DNA of 64,000 bases from Squalus acanthias (GCA_030390025.1 JASTWF010000034.1:5146001-5210000), one strand, 5' to 3'. Positions 1-13,900 are shown, counted from the first letter of the stretch. The notes: generated by a model not told the origin, from the letters alone. Made by a program: numbers and translations.

Positions 1-3000
1 CTCAATCCAGGAATTTGATTCCCAGGGCTGCCTAGATTACACTGCTCCCACCTCAATCCAGGAATGTGATTCCCAGGGCTGCCTAGATTACACTGCTCCC
101 ACCTCAATCCAGGAATGTGATTCCCAGGGCTGCCTAGATTACACTGCTCCCACCTCAATCCAGGAATTTCATTCCCAGGGCTGCCTAGATTACACTGCTC
201 CCACCTCAATCCAGGAATGTGATTCCCAGGGACTGCCTAGATTACACTGCTCCCGCCTCAATCCAGGAATTTCATTCCCAGGGCTGCCTAGATTACACTG
301 CTCCCACCTCAATCCAAGAATGAAATTCCCAGGGCTGCCTAGATTACACTGCTCCCGCCTCAATCCAGGAATGTGATTCCCAGGACAGCCTAGATTACAC
401 TGCTCCCACCTCAATCCAGGAATTTCATTCCCAGGCACAGCCTAGATTACACTGCTCCCGCCTCAATCCAGGAATTTCATTCCCAGGGCTGCCTAGATTA
501 CACTGCTCCCACCTCAATCCAGGAATTTGATTCCCAGGGCTGCCCAGATTACACTGCTCCCACCTCAATCCAGGAATTTCATTCCCAGGGCTGCCTAGAT
601 TACGCTGCTCCCACCTCAGTCCAGGAATTTCATTCCCAGGCACAGCCTAGATTACACTGCTCCCACCTCAATCCAGGAATGTGATTCCCAGGGCTGCCTA
701 GATTACACTGCTCCCACCTCAATCCAGGAATGTGATTCCCAGGGCTGCCTAGATTACACTGCTCCCACCTCAATCCAGGAATTTCATTCCCAGGGCTGCC
801 TAGATTACACTGCTCCCACCTCAGTCCAGGAATTTCAATTCCCAGTGCTGCCTAGATTACACTGCTCCCGACTCAATCCAGGAATGTGATTCCCAGGGCT
901 GCCCAGATTACACTGCTCCCACCTCAATCCAGGAATGTGATTCCCAGGACAGCCTAGATTACACTGCTCCCAACTCAATCCAGGAATGTGATTCCCAGGG
1001 CTGCCTAGATTACACTGCTCCCGACTCAATCCAGAATTTCATTCCCAGGGCTGCCTAGATTACACTGCTCCCACCTCAATCCAGGAATTTCATTCCCAGG
1101 GCTGCCTAGATTACACTGCTCCCACCTGAATCCAGGAATGTGATTCCCAGGGCTGCTTAGATTACACTGCTCCCACCTCAATCCAGGAATGTGATTCCCA
1201 GGGCTGCATAGATTACACTGCTCCCGCCTCAATCCAGGAATGTGATTCCCAGGGCTGCATAGATTACACTGCTCCCACCTGAATCCAGGAATGTGATTCC
1301 CAGTGCTGCCTAGATTACACTGCTACCTCCTCAATCCAGAAATGTCATCACCAGGGCTGCCTAGATTACACTGCTCCCACCTCAATCCAGGAATGTGATT
1401 CCCAGGGCTGCCTAGATTACACTGCTCCCACCTCAGTCCAGGAATTTCATTCCCAGGCACAGCCTAGATTACACTGCTCCCACCTCAATCCAGGAATGTG
1501 ATTTCCAGGGCTGCCTAGAATACACTGCTCCCACCTCAATCCAGGAATTTCATTCCCAGGGCTGCCTAGATTACACTGCTCCCGCCTCAGTCCAGGAATT
1601 TCATTCCAAGGTTGCCTACATTACACTGCTCCCGACTCAATCCAGGAATTTCATTCCCAGGGACTGCCTACATTACACTGCTCCCACCTCAGTCCAGGAA
1701 TGTCATTCCCAGGGCTGCCTAGATTACACTGCTCCCACCTCAGTCCAGGAATTTCATTCCCAGGCACAGCCTAGATTACACTGCTCCCACCTCAATCCAG
1801 GAATTTCATTCCCAGGGCTGTCTAGATTACACTGCTCCCACCTCAGTCCAGGAATTTCATTCCCAGGGCTGTCTAGATTACATTGCTCCCACCTCAATCC
1901 AGGAATTTCATTCCCAGGACAGCCTAGATTACACTGCTCCCGCCTCAATCCAGGAATTTCATTCCCAGGGCTGTCTAGATTACATTGCTCTCACCTCAGT
2001 CCAGGAATTTCATTCCCGGGGCTGCCTAGATTACACTGCTCCCACCTCAATCCAGGAATGTCGTTCCCAGGGCTGCCTAGATTACACTGCTCCCACCTCA
2101 ATCCAGGAATTTCATTCCCAGGCACAGCCTAGATTACACTGCTCCCACCTCAATCCAGGAATGTGATTCCCAGGGCCGCCTAGATTACACTGCTCCCACC
2201 TCAATCCAGGAATATCATTCCCAGGGTTGCCTAGATTACACTGCTCCCAACTCAATCCAGGAATGTGATTCCCAGGGCTGCCTAGATTACACTGCTCCCA
2301 CCTCAATCCAGGAATGTGATTCCCAGGGCTGCCTAGATTACACTGCTCCCACCTCAATCCAGGAATGTCATTCCCAGGACAGCCTAGATTACACTGCTCC
2401 CACCTCAATCCAGGAATTTCATTCCCAGGGCAGCCTAGAATACACTGCTCCCACCTCAATCCAGGAATTTCATTCCCAGGGCTGCCTAGATTACACTGCT
2501 CCCACCTCAATCCAGGAATTTCATTCCCAGGGCTGCCTAGATTACACTGCTCCCACCTCAATCCAGGAATTTGATTCCCAGGGCTGCCTAGATTACACTG
2601 GTCCCGCCTCAATCCAGGAATTTGATTCCCAGGGCTGCCTAGATTACACTGCTCCCACCTCAATCCAGGAATGTGATTCCCAGGGCTGCCTAGATTACAC
2701 TGCTCCCACCTCAGTCCAGGAATTTCATTCCCAGGGCTGCCTAGATTACGCTGCTCCCACCTCAATCCAGGAATTTCATTCCCAGGGACACCTAGATTAC
2801 ACTGCTCCCACCTCAATCCAGGAATTTCATTCCCAGGGCTGCCTAGATTACACTGCTCCCACCTCAATCCAGGAATGTGATTCCCAGGGACTGCCTAGAT
2901 TACACTGCTCCCGCCTCAATCCAGGAATTTCATTCCCAGGGCTGCCTAGATTACACTGCTCCCACCTCAATCCAGGAATTTCATTCCCAGGGCTGCCTAG

Positions 3001-6000
3001 ATTACACTGCTCCCACCTCAATCCAAGAATGTAATTCCCAGGGCCGCCTAGATTACACTGCTCCCGCCTCAATCCAGGAATTTCATTCCCAGGGCTGCCT
3101 AGATTACACTGCTCCCACCTCAATCCAAGAATGTAATTCCCAGGGCCGCCTAGATTACACTGCTCCCGCCTCAATCCAGGAATTTCATTCCCAGGGCTGC
3201 CTAGATTACACTGCTCCCACCTCAATCCAGGAATTTCATTCCCAGGGCTGCCTAGATTACACTGCTCCCGACTCAATCCAGGAATGTGATTCCCAGGACA
3301 GCCTAGATTACACTGCTCCCACCTCAATCCAGGAATTTCATTCCCAGGCACAGCCTAGATTACACTGCTCCCGCCTCAATCCAGGAATTTCATTCCCAGG
3401 GCTGCCTAGATTACACTGCTCCCACCTCAATCCAGGAATTTGATTCCCAGGGCTGCCCAGATTACACTGCTCCCACCTCAATCCAGGAATTTCATTCCCA
3501 GGGCTGCCTAGATTACGCTGCTCCCACCTCAGTCCAGGAATTTCATTCCCAGGGCTGCCTAGATTACACTGCTCCCACCTCAATCCAGGAATGTGATTCC
3601 CAGGGCTGCCTAGATTACACTGCTCCCACCTCAATCCAGGAATGTGATTCCCAGGGCTGCCTAGATTACACTGCTCCCACCTCAATCCAGGAATTTCATT
3701 CCCAGGGCTGCCTAGATTACACTGCTCCCACCTCAGTCCAGGAATTTCAATTCCCAGTGCTGCCTAGATTACACTGCTCCCGACTCAATCCAGGAATGTG
3801 ATTCCCAGGGCTGCCCAGATTACACTGCTCCCACCTCAATCCAGGAATGTGATTCCCAGGACAGCCTAGATTACACTGCTCCCAACTCAATCCAGGAATG
3901 TGATTCCCAGGGCTGCCTAGATTACACTGCTCCCGACTCAATCCAGAATTTCATTCCCAGGGCTGCCTAGATTACACTGCTCCCACCTCAATCCAGGAAT
4001 TTCATTCCCAGGGCTGCCTAGATTACACTGCACCCACCTGAATCCAGGAATGTGATTCCCAGGGCTGCTTAGATTACACTGCTCCCGCCTCAATCCAGGA
4101 ATGTGATTCCCAGGGCTGCATAGATTACACTGCTCCCACCTCAATCCAGGAATTTCATTCCCAGGGCTGCCTAGATTACACTGCTCCCACCTGAATCCAG
4201 GAATGTGATTCCCAGTGCTGCCTAGATTACACTGCTACCTCCTCAATCCAGGAATTTCATTGCCAGGGCTGCCTAGATTACACTGCTCCCACCTCAGTCC
4301 AGGAATTTCATTCCCAGGCACAGCCTAGATTACACTGCTCCCACCTCAATCCAGGAATGTGATTCCCAGGGCTGCCTAGAATACACTGCTCCCACCTCAA
4401 TCCAGGAATTCCATTCCCAGGGCTGCCTAGATTACACTGCTCCCGCCTCAGTCCAGGAATTTCATTCCAAGGTTGCCTACATTACACTGCTCCCGACTCA
4501 ATCCAGGAATTTCATTCCCAGGGACTGCCTACATTACACTGCTCCCACCTAAGTCCAGGAATTTCATTCCCAGGGCTGCCTAGATTACACTGCTCCCACC
4601 TCAGTCCAGGAATTTCATTCCCAGGCACAGCCTAGATTACACTGCTCCCACCTCAATCCAGGAATTTCATTCCCAGGGCTGTCTAGATTACACTGCTCCC
4701 ACCTCAGTCCAGGAATTTCATTCCCAGGGCTGTCTAGATTACATTGCTCCCACCTCAATCCAGGAATTTCATTCCCAGGACAGCCTAGATTACACTGCTC
4801 CCACCTCAGTCCAGGAATGTGATTCCCAGGGCTGCCTAGATTACACTGCTCCCGCCTCAATCCAGGAATTTCATTCCCAGGGCTGTCTAGATTACATTGC
4901 TCTCACCTCAGTCCAGGAATTTCATTCCCGGGGCTGCCTAGATTACACTGCTCCCACCTCAATCCAGGAATGTCGTTCCCAGGGCTGCCTAGATTACACT
5001 GCTCCCACCTCAATCCAGGAATTTCATTCCCAGGCACAGCCTAGATTACACTGCTCCCACCTCAATCCAGGAATGTGATTCCCAGGGCCGCCTAGATTAC
5101 ACTGCTCCCACCTCAATCCAGGAATTTCATTCCCAGGCACAGCCTAGATTACACTGCTCCCACCTCAATCCAGGAATGTGATTCCCAGGGCCGCCTAGAT
5201 TACACTGCTCCCACCTCAATCCAGGAATTTCATTCCCAGCACAGCCTAGTTTACACTGCTCCCGCCTCAATCCAGGAATGTCGTTCCCAGGGCTGCCTAG
5301 ATTACACTGCTCCCAGCTCAATCCAGGAATTTCATTCCCAGGCACAGCCTAGATTACACTGCTCCCACCTCAATCCAGGAATTTCATTCCCAGGCACAGC
5401 CTAGATTACACTGCTCCCGCCTCAATCCAGGAATTTCATTCCCAGGACAGCCTAGATTACACTGCTCCCACCTCAGTCCAGGAATTTCATTCCCAGGGCT
5501 GCCTAGATTACACTGCTCCCACCTCAATCCAGGAATTTCATTCCCAGGGCTGCCTGGATTACACTGCTCCCACCTCAATCCAGGAATTTCATTCCCAGGA
5601 CCGCCTAGATTACATTGCTCCCGCCTCAGTCCAGGAATTTAATTCCCAGGCACAGCCTAGATTACACTGCTCCCACCTCAATCCAGGAATTTCATTCCCA
5701 GGACAGCCTAGATTACACTGCTCCCACCTCAGTCCAGGAATTTCATTTCCAGGCTGCCTAGATTACACTGCTCCCACCTCAGTCCAGGAACTTCATTCCC
5801 AGGCACAGCCTGGATTACACTGCTCCCACCTCAGTCCAGGAATGTCATTCCCAGGGCTGCCTATATTACACTGCTCCCACCTCAATCCAGGAATTTCATT
5901 ATCAGGCACAGCCTAGATTACACTGCTCCCACCTCAATCCAGGAATTTCATTCCCAGGGCTGCCTAGATTACACTGCTCCCACCTCAGTCTAGGAATTTC

Positions 6001-6363
6001 ATTCCCAGGCACAGCCTAGATTACACTGCTCCTACCTCAATCCAGGAATTTCACTCCCAGGGCTGCCTAGATTACACTGCTCCCACCTCAGTCCAGGAAT
6101 TTCATTCCCAGGCACAGCCTAGATTACACTGCTCCCACCTCAATCCAGGAATTTCATTCCCAAGGCTGCCGAGATTACACTGCTCCCGCCTCAATGCAGG
6201 AATTTCATTCCCAGGCACAGCCTAGATTACACTGCTCCCACCTCAGTCCAGGAATTTCATTCCCAGGGCTGCCTAGATTACGCTGCTCCCACCTCAGTCC
6301 AGGAATTTCATTCCCAGGGCCACCTAGTTTACACTGCTCCCACCTCAGTCCAGGAATTTCATT
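1..6363. repeat. 51-bp tandem satellite (consensus CTCAATCCAGGAATTTCATTCCCAGGGCTGCCTAGATTACACTGCTCCCAC), runs off the window start
   Basis: Monomer read directly; 17-aa periodic translations in the ORF track; ends abruptly at ...CAGGAATTTCATT|CTCACTT. Confidence 0.97.
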
Positions 6364-6596
6364 CTCACTTCATTTCTCTTTTGCCTGAAAATAGAACAAG
6401 AAGAAGAAGAAGAAGAGTTACCTTACCCAGACAAAGATGTCATCCTGTTTGACCGAGGGGAAGAATAATTAAAAAGAGCAAAGGATTAAAACGAAGGGAT
6501 CAAAGGGAAACACTTAAAATATTAACCAATGAGATAAATACGCTGTAAGCACCTCAATACTCCAGGAAACTCTCTGGAAACATTAAATTCTCGCAT

Positions 6597-9500
6597 AATC
6601 ATACTCACAGAACCATACCTGTCAGTCAACATTCTCAAACCCTCCATCACATGGTTGAATTCCATATTCAATTAGAGGGTGAGAAGGTTGGATCTCAAAC
6701 AAGCGTGCTAAGCTTGAATAAAGGTGATTATGAAGGTATGCGAGCGGAATTGAGTAAAGTGGATTGGGAAAATAGATTAAAGGGTAAGACGACACATGAT
6801 CAGTGGTGTACATTCAAGGAGTTATTTTACAACTTCCAAAAAATATATATTCCACTGAAAAGAAAAGGGTGTAAAAGAAAGGACAGTCATCCGTGGCTAA
6901 GTAAAGAAATTAAGGATAGTATTCGACTAAAAACAAGGGCATATAAGGTAGCGAAATCTAGTGGGAGGACAGAGGATTGGGAAAACTTTAAAAGGCAGCA
7001 AAAAATAACAAAACGATTGATTAAGAAAGGGAAGATAGATTATGAAAGTAAATTAGCAAAAAATATAAAAACAGATAGTAAGAGTTTTTATAGTTATATA
7101 AAAAGAAAAAGGGTGGCTAAAGTAAATGTTGGTCCCTTAGAGGATGAGACCGGGAAATTAATGGTGGGAAATATGGAGATGGCAAAAACACTGAATGAAT
7201 ATTTTGTATCAGTCTTTACAGTAGAGGACACTAAGAATATCCCAACACTGGACAAACAGGGGGCTATAGGGGGAGAGGAGCTAAACACGATCAAAATCAC
7301 TAAGGAAGTGGTACTCGGTAAAATAATGGGACTCAAGGCGGATAAATCACCTGGACCTGATGGCTTACATGCTAGAGTCTTGAAGGAAGTGGCGGTAGGG
7401 ATTGTAGATGCATTGGTAATAATTTTTCAAAACTCCCTGGATTCCGCTAAGGTCCCGGCAGACTGGAAAACTGCTAATGTAACACCCTTATTTAAAAAGG
7501 GCAGTAGACAGAAGGCTGGTAACTATAGACCGGTTAGCCTAACATCTGTGGTAGGTAAAATTTTGGTGTCCATTATTAAGGAAACAGTAACAGGACATTT
7601 GGATAATCATAATTTAATAGGACAAAGTCAGCATGGTTTTACGAAGGGGAAGTCATGTTTGACAAATTTGCTGGAGTTCTTTGAGGAAGTAACATATAGA
7701 GTGGATAAAGGGGAACCAGTGCACGTAGTGTATTTAGACTTCCAAAAGGCATTTGACAAGGTGCCACACAAAAGATTATTGCTTAAGGTAAAAAATCACG
7801 GGATTGGGGGTAATATTCTGGCATCGATAGAGGATTACTATCTAACAGAACGCAAAGAGTTGGGATAAATGGTTCATTCTCAGACTGGCAATCAGTAACT
7901 AGTGGTGTTCCACAGGGGTCAGTGCTGGGTCCCCAACTCTTTACAATCTATATTAACGATTTGGAGGAAGGGACCAAGTGTAACATATCAAAATTTGCAG
8001 ATGATACAAAGATGGGAGGGAAAGTAGTGAGTGAGGAGGACATAAAAAACCTGCAAGGGGACATAGACAGGCTAAATAAGTTGGCAGAGCTTTGGCAGAT
8101 GGAATACAACAATGGAAAGTGTGAGGTGATGCACTTTGGCAGGAAAGATCCTAGAGCAATTTATTATCTTAATGGCAAGAAACTGGAGAGTACTGAAGTG
8201 CAAAGGGATCTGGGGGTCCTGGTGCACGAAACTCAAAAGGTTAGTATGCAGGTGCAGCAAGTGATTAAGAAGGCAAATGGAATGTTGGCTTTCATTGCTA
8301 GGGGGATAGAATATAAAAATAGGGAGGTATTGCTTCAGTTGTACAAGGTATTGGTGAGACCGCACCTGGAATACTGCATACAGTTTTGGTGTCCTTACTT
8401 AAGGAAAGACATCCTTGCTCTCGAGGCAGTGCAAAAAAGGTTCACTCGGTTAATCCCGGGGATGAGGGGGTGGTCATATGAGGAGAGGTTGGGTAGATTG
8501 GGACTGTACTCATTGGAGTTCAGAAGAATGAGAGGCGATCTTATTGAAACATATAAGATTGTGAAGGGGTTGGATCGGGTGGATGCGGGGAGGATGTTCC
8601 CGATGACGGGTGAGACTAGAACTAGGGGACATAGTCTTAGAATAAGGGGCTGCTCTTTCAAAACTGAGATGAGGAGGAACTACTTCACTCAGAGGGTGGT
8701 AGGTCCATGGAATATGCTGCCACAAAAAGCTGTAGAAGCTACATCATTAAATAAATTTAAAACAGAAATAGACCGTTTCCTAGAAGTAAAGGGCATTAAG
8801 GGTTACGGGGAGCGGGCAGGAATTTGGACATGAGTCTAGGTTCGGATCGGTCATGGCTCTGTGGGTAGTGGAGCGGGCCCAGGGACCGTGTAGCCTGATT
8901 CTGCTCCTATTTCGTGTGTGCAATTCTGTTAGATGCAGGAGATGGTTCTGTGATAGATAGTAGATTGGCGGTTAGGATCAGATCAGCCATGATCTTATTG
9001 AATGGCGGAGCAGGCTCGAGGGGCCGATTGGCCTAATCCTGCTCCTATTTCTTATGTTCTTATGTTCTTCTCACCATTCCAGGGTCTGCACAGACCCACC
9101 AGCGGTGGGGGCACAGGGGTATACAATCGGGAGGGAGAAACCCTGCGAGTCCTCAACATTGCCTGAGGATATAATGAAGTCTGATGGCTTTCAGTCAGAC
9201 ATGGGCAAGGTAACTTCCTGCTGATTACCACCTACTGCCCTCCCTCAGCTGTTGAATCGGCACATCTTCATGCTGAACACCAGTTGATGGGAGCACCGCG
9301 AGCAGAAAGGGGACAAATTATCCACTGGGTCGGGAGGGGAAACTTCAATGTCCATCACCAAGAGTGACTCGGAAGTACCACCATTAACCGAGCCCTGAAG
9401 AACACAGCTGCCAGACTGGGATTGCAGCAGGTGGTGGGAGACCCAAGATGAGAGAAAAGCCTGCTTGAGCCCGTCCTCACCAATCTATCTATCGCATATG

Positions 9501-9645
9501 CCTCTGTCAATGACGATATTGGTAGGACTGACCACCGCTCAATGTGTGTGGAGAAAAAGTCTCGCCTTCACCCTGAGGCCACCCTCTATCATATCATGTG
9601 CATCTACCATGGTGATCAATGGAATGAAGTTAGACAGAGCCAAGC
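6597..9645 (+). mobile_element. Old degenerate non-LTR LINE APE-endonuclease fragment, split by the CR1 at 6651-9070 (pieces ~6597-6650 and 9071-~9645)
   Basis: Right piece has GNFNVHH (GDFN-like) near 9340 and GRTDHR (SDH-like) near 9525; left and right pieces read as one sequence across a TCAC duplication. Confidence 0.65.
6651..9070 (+). mobile_element. 5'-truncated young CR1 LINE (ORF2 linker and RT, 3' UTR, TTCTTATG-type tail)
   Basis: ORFs 6651-7868 and 7922-8833 with KSPGPDG, NYRPVSLTS, QHGF, LDFQKAFDKV, KFADD; one -1 frameshift near 7835-7845; tail CTTATGTTCTTATGTTCTT ending ~9069. Confidence 0.95.
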
Positions 9646-9782
9646 GTTCCTAACACATCAAATTATTTCAAAGCTTTCATATCCTGTTGTGAATGGTGAT
9701 GAACAATTGAGCCGTTTCCCCATAGCCTTGAAAATTACTCCTTTTCAAGTTTGCATCCAATTACCTTTTGGAAATTACAGTT

Positions 9783-10106
9783 AAGAAAGGAAGAAATAAT
9801 TGAATTGATATAGCGCTTTTCACGATCTTGGGATGTGCTTTCAAGCCAATGACGTCCTTCCTTTTGAAGTGAAGTCACTGTTGTACTGTCGGAAACTTGC
9901 CAGCCAATTTGAGCACAGCAAGCTCCCACAAACAGCAATGTGATAATGACCAGATAATCTGCTTTAATGATGTTGATTGAGATAAATATTCGCCAGAACA
10001 CCGGGGTTAACTCTGCTGCTCTTCTTCAATATAATTCCATGGGATCTTTTACGTCCAACTTATAGAACAGACAGGTTTAACGTCTCATCTGAGACATGGC
10101 ACCGCT
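9783..10106 (-). mobile_element. SINE fragment, Deu-domain/SacSINE1-like, with L2-type 3' tail
   Basis: Minus-strand tail GCGCTATAT...(CTT-rich) resembling the L2 tails at 24312-24343 and ~26850; body resembles shark Deu-SINEs from memory; not database-checked. Confidence 0.6.
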
Positions 10107-10956
10107 GACAGTGCAGTGCTCCCTCAGTACTGCCCCTCTGACTGTGCACTGCTCCCTCAGTACTGCCCCTCTGACAGTGCACTGCTCCCTCAGTATTGCC
10201 CCTCTGACAGTGCTGTGCTCCCTCAGTACTGCCCCTCTGACAGTGCAGCGCTCCCTCAGTACTGCCCCTCTGACAGTGCAGTCCTCCCTCAGTACTGCCC
10301 CTCTGACAGTGCAATGCTCCCACAGTACAGCCCCTCCGACAGTGCAGTGATCCCTCAGTACTGCCCCTCCCACAGTGCAGTGCTCCCACAGTACTGCCCC
10401 TCCGACAGTGCAGTGCTCCCTCAGTACTGCCCCTCTGACAGTGCACTGCTCCCTCAGTATTGCCCCTCTGACAGTGCTGTGCTCCCTCAGTACTGCCCCT
10501 CTGACAGTGCAGCGCTCCCTCAGTACTGCCCCTCTGACAGTGCAGTCCTCCCTCAGTACTGCCCCTCTGACAGTGCAATGCTCCCACAGTACAGCCCCTC
10601 CGACAGTGCAGTGATCCCTCAGTACTGCCCCTCCCACAGTGCAGTGCTCCCACAGTACTGCCCCTCCGACAGTGCAGTGCTCCCTCAGTACTGCCCCTCT
10701 GACAGTGCACTGCTCCCTCAGTACTGCCCCTCCGACAGTGCAGTGCTCCCTCAGTACTGCCCCTCTGACAGTGCACTGCTCCCTCAGTACTGCCCCTCTG
10801 ACAGTGCACTGCTCCCTCAGTACTGCCCCTCTGACAGTGATGCGCTCCCTCAGTACTGCCCCTCTGACAGTGATGCTCTCCCTCAGTACTGCCCCGCTGA
10901 CAGTGATGCACTCCCTCAGTACTGACCCTCCAACAATGCAGCACTCCCTCAGTACT
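10107..10956. repeat. 33-bp minisatellite (ACAGTGCAGTGCTCCCTCAGTACTGCCCCTCTG), about 25 copies, with an internal 264-bp (8-mer) duplication
   Basis: Monomer read directly; variant GCAATGCTCCCACAGTACAG recurs at 10311 and 10575 (offset 264 = 8 x 33). Confidence 0.95.
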
Positions 10957-10957
10957 G

Positions 10958-13900
10958 GCTTGAGTGCAATTTGTCATGGAGTGCAGCTTGGAACCGAGTG
11001 TTAAGCTACGAGTTTGGTGAGTGAGGGAGTTCAGGGAGGGATGTGTTCCTTTCTTTTTCTGTCTTTGTCAGCTTCCAAGACCCGGTCAGTATTTCATTTC
11101 TACAATCCAGTCGTTAAAGTAAATGTAAGGTCTCGAGTTTATAGCAAGTAGTGTTTAAAGGGAAGTAAGGTCCCTAGTGTAATTAATATTCTTTAATTTA
11201 AAGGGAGTAAATTAAGGGTAGAACATGGCAGGGCAGCTCGGCAGCGTGGAGTGCTCCTCCTGTGCTATGTTAGAAGTCAGAGACACTTTAGGTGTCCAGG
11301 GCGGACACATGTGCAGGAAGTGTCTCCAGCTGCAGCTGCTCGAAATCCGCGTTTCGGAGCTGTGGCTGCGACTGGAGTCACTGTGGAGCATCGGCGAAGC
11401 TGAGATCTTCGTGGATAGAACATTTATCGAGGTGGTCACACCACAGGTAAAGAGTGCACAGGCAGATAGGAAATAGATGACCGCCACACAGTGTAAAAGA
11501 ACTAGGAAGGGAGTGCAGGAGTCCCCTGGGTCCATCTCCCTCTCCAACAGATTTTCCATTTTGGATACTGATGGGGGAGATGGTTTCTCAGGGGAATGCA
11601 GCAAGAGCCAAGTCCGTGGCACTACGAGTGGCTCAGCTGTACAGGAGGGAGGGGGGGTGGGGGTAAAGAGGGGGAGAGCAATAGTGATCGGGGATTCTAT
11701 CGTAATGGGAACAGATAGATGTTTCTGTGGCCTCAGACGTGACTCCAGGATGGTATGTTGCCTCCCTGGTGCCAGGTTCAAGGATGTCACTGAACGGCTG
11801 CAGGGTATTCTGAAGGGGGATTGGGAACTGCCAGAGGTTGTAATCCACATTGGTACCAACGACATGGGTAGAAAGAGGGATGAGGTCCTGCAACAAGAAT
11901 TTAGGGAGCTAGATAGCAGATTAAAAAGCAGGACCACAAAGGTTGGAATCTCTGTTTTACTCCCGGTGCCACGTGCTAGTGAGTATAGGAATAGAAAGAT
12001 AGAGCAGATGAATGCGTGGCTAAAGAGTTGGTGCAGGAGGGAGGACTTTAGTATCCTGGATCACTGGGTCTGCTTTTGGGGAAGGTGGGACCTGTACAAG
12101 TCGGACGGGATGCACCTGAACCGGAACAGGACCAACATTCTTGCGGGGAGATTTGCTAGTACTGTTCGGGGCGGCGGGGGGAGCGGGGCGGGGGGAGGGG
12201 GTGGGCGGGTAATCTAACTTGGCAGAGGGATGGAATACGGAGTGGAGCTATAGTAGGGGATGTTGCACAGCCAAATATAGAGGAAAAAACAAGTCAGCCT
12301 GGAAGTCAGAGCGAATATGTAACGGCACAAGGGATTATGGCAAGACTGGATGGCATTTATTTTAATGCAAGGAGTCTTGCGTGTAAGGCAGATGAATTGA
12401 AGGTGTTGATGAACACATGGGAGTATGATATTGTTGCTATCACAGAGATATGGTTGAGGGAGGGGCAGGATTGGCAGCTCAATATTCCGGGATATAGAAT
12501 CTTCAGTCGAGACAGAGGAGGGTGTAAAAGAGGAGGGGTGTCGTAATATTAATCAAGGAGTCAATTACTGCTGTAAGGAGGGATGATATCTTAGCAGGTT
12601 CCTCTAATGAGGCCATATGGGTAGAACTTAACAACAAAAAGGGGGCAAGCACTTTGCTGGTAGTGTACTATAGGGCGCCAAACAGTCAGGGGGAGATAGA
12701 GGAACAGATATGTAGGCAAATCTCAAAGAAGTGTCGAAATAATAGGTTAATAATAGTAGGGGATTTCAACTTCCCCAATATTAACTGCGATAGTGAGAGT
12801 GTGAAAGGCGAAGAGGGTGCGGAATTCTTAAAGTGCAGCCAGAAGAGCGTTTTGAGCCAGCATGTAGAAAGTCCTGCAAGACAGGGGGCGATTCTGGACC
12901 TAATTCTAGGGAATGCAGCTGGGCAAGTGGTGGAAGTGTTAGTAGGAGAGCATTTTGGTGACAGTAACCATAATTCGGTGAGATTTAAGGTAGTCGTGGA
13001 AAAGGACAAAGATGGACCGGAATAATGGTTCTAAATTGGGGAAATGCCGAATTTAATATGATAAGGCAGGATCTGGCCAAAGTGGACTGGGATCAGCTAC
13101 TTGTTGGAAAATCCACATCAGAGCAGTGGGAGTCTTTCAGAAAGGAAATAGAGAGTGTACAACGCCAACATGTTCCCGTAAAGGTCAAGGGTGGGACCAA
13201 CAAGCCCAGGGAACCCTGGATGTCAAGGGATATATAAGAATGGATTAGGAAAAAAAGGGAGACTTTTGGCAGATACAAAGGACTAAAACAGTGGAAGCCC
13301 GAGAGGAGTATAGAAAGTGCAGGGGGGTACTTAAAAAAGAGATTAGGAGAGCAAAGAGAGGGCATGAAAAAACACTTGCAGGCAAAATAAAGGAAAATCC
13401 CAAGGTGTTTTATAAGTATATTAAGGGCAAGACGATAACAGGGAAAGAGTAGGGCCCATTAGGGACCAAAGTGGCAATCTGTGTGCAGAGCCGGAAGATG
13501 TGGGTGCGGTTTTAAATGAATATTTTGCAGCTGTGTTCACTATGGAGAAGGACGATGTAGGCATAGAAATCAGGCAGGGCGATTGTGATAAACTTGAACA
13601 AAATAGTATTGCGATGGAGGAGGTACTAGCGGTTTTAGTGGGCATAAAAGTGGATAAATCCCCAGGCCCAGACGAGATGTATCCCAGGCTGCAGTGTGAG
13701 GCAAGGGAGGAGATTGCAGTGGTTGTGACAAAAATTTTCAGAACCTCTCTGGTCACAGGGGAGGTGCCAGATGACTGGAGAACAGCTAACGTATACCATT
13801 ATTCAAAAAGGGAAGTAGGCATAAACCAGGGAATTACAGGCCAGTGAGCCTAACATCAGTGGTAGGGAAATTATTGGAAAAAATTCTGAGGGACAGAATT

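Noticed and set aside
190..6388. ORFs with a 17-aa repeat (GNEIPGLRWEQCNLGSP) as a repetitive protein
   Set aside because: Consequence of a 51-bp period; frames are broken by frequent 1-bp indels and most starts are not ATG.
6361..6430. Strong minus-strand splice-acceptor-like site (CTT)n...TTTTCAG|G at 6384 as the GPCR second exon
   Set aside because: All three frames stop within 13 codons (phase 1 gives GKREMK*), with no TM sequence; the pyrimidine tract is a (GAA)n microsatellite.
10060..11004. Cys/His-rich 11-aa repeat ORFs as zinc-finger or keratin-associated protein
   Set aside because: Open on both strands because of the 33-bp period; a minisatellite, not a gene.
11474..11479. TAG-ATG junction in CR1 ORF1 as programmed readthrough or reinitiation
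   Set aside because: More simply a TGG>TAG nonsense change in a copy whose ORF2 has many lesions.
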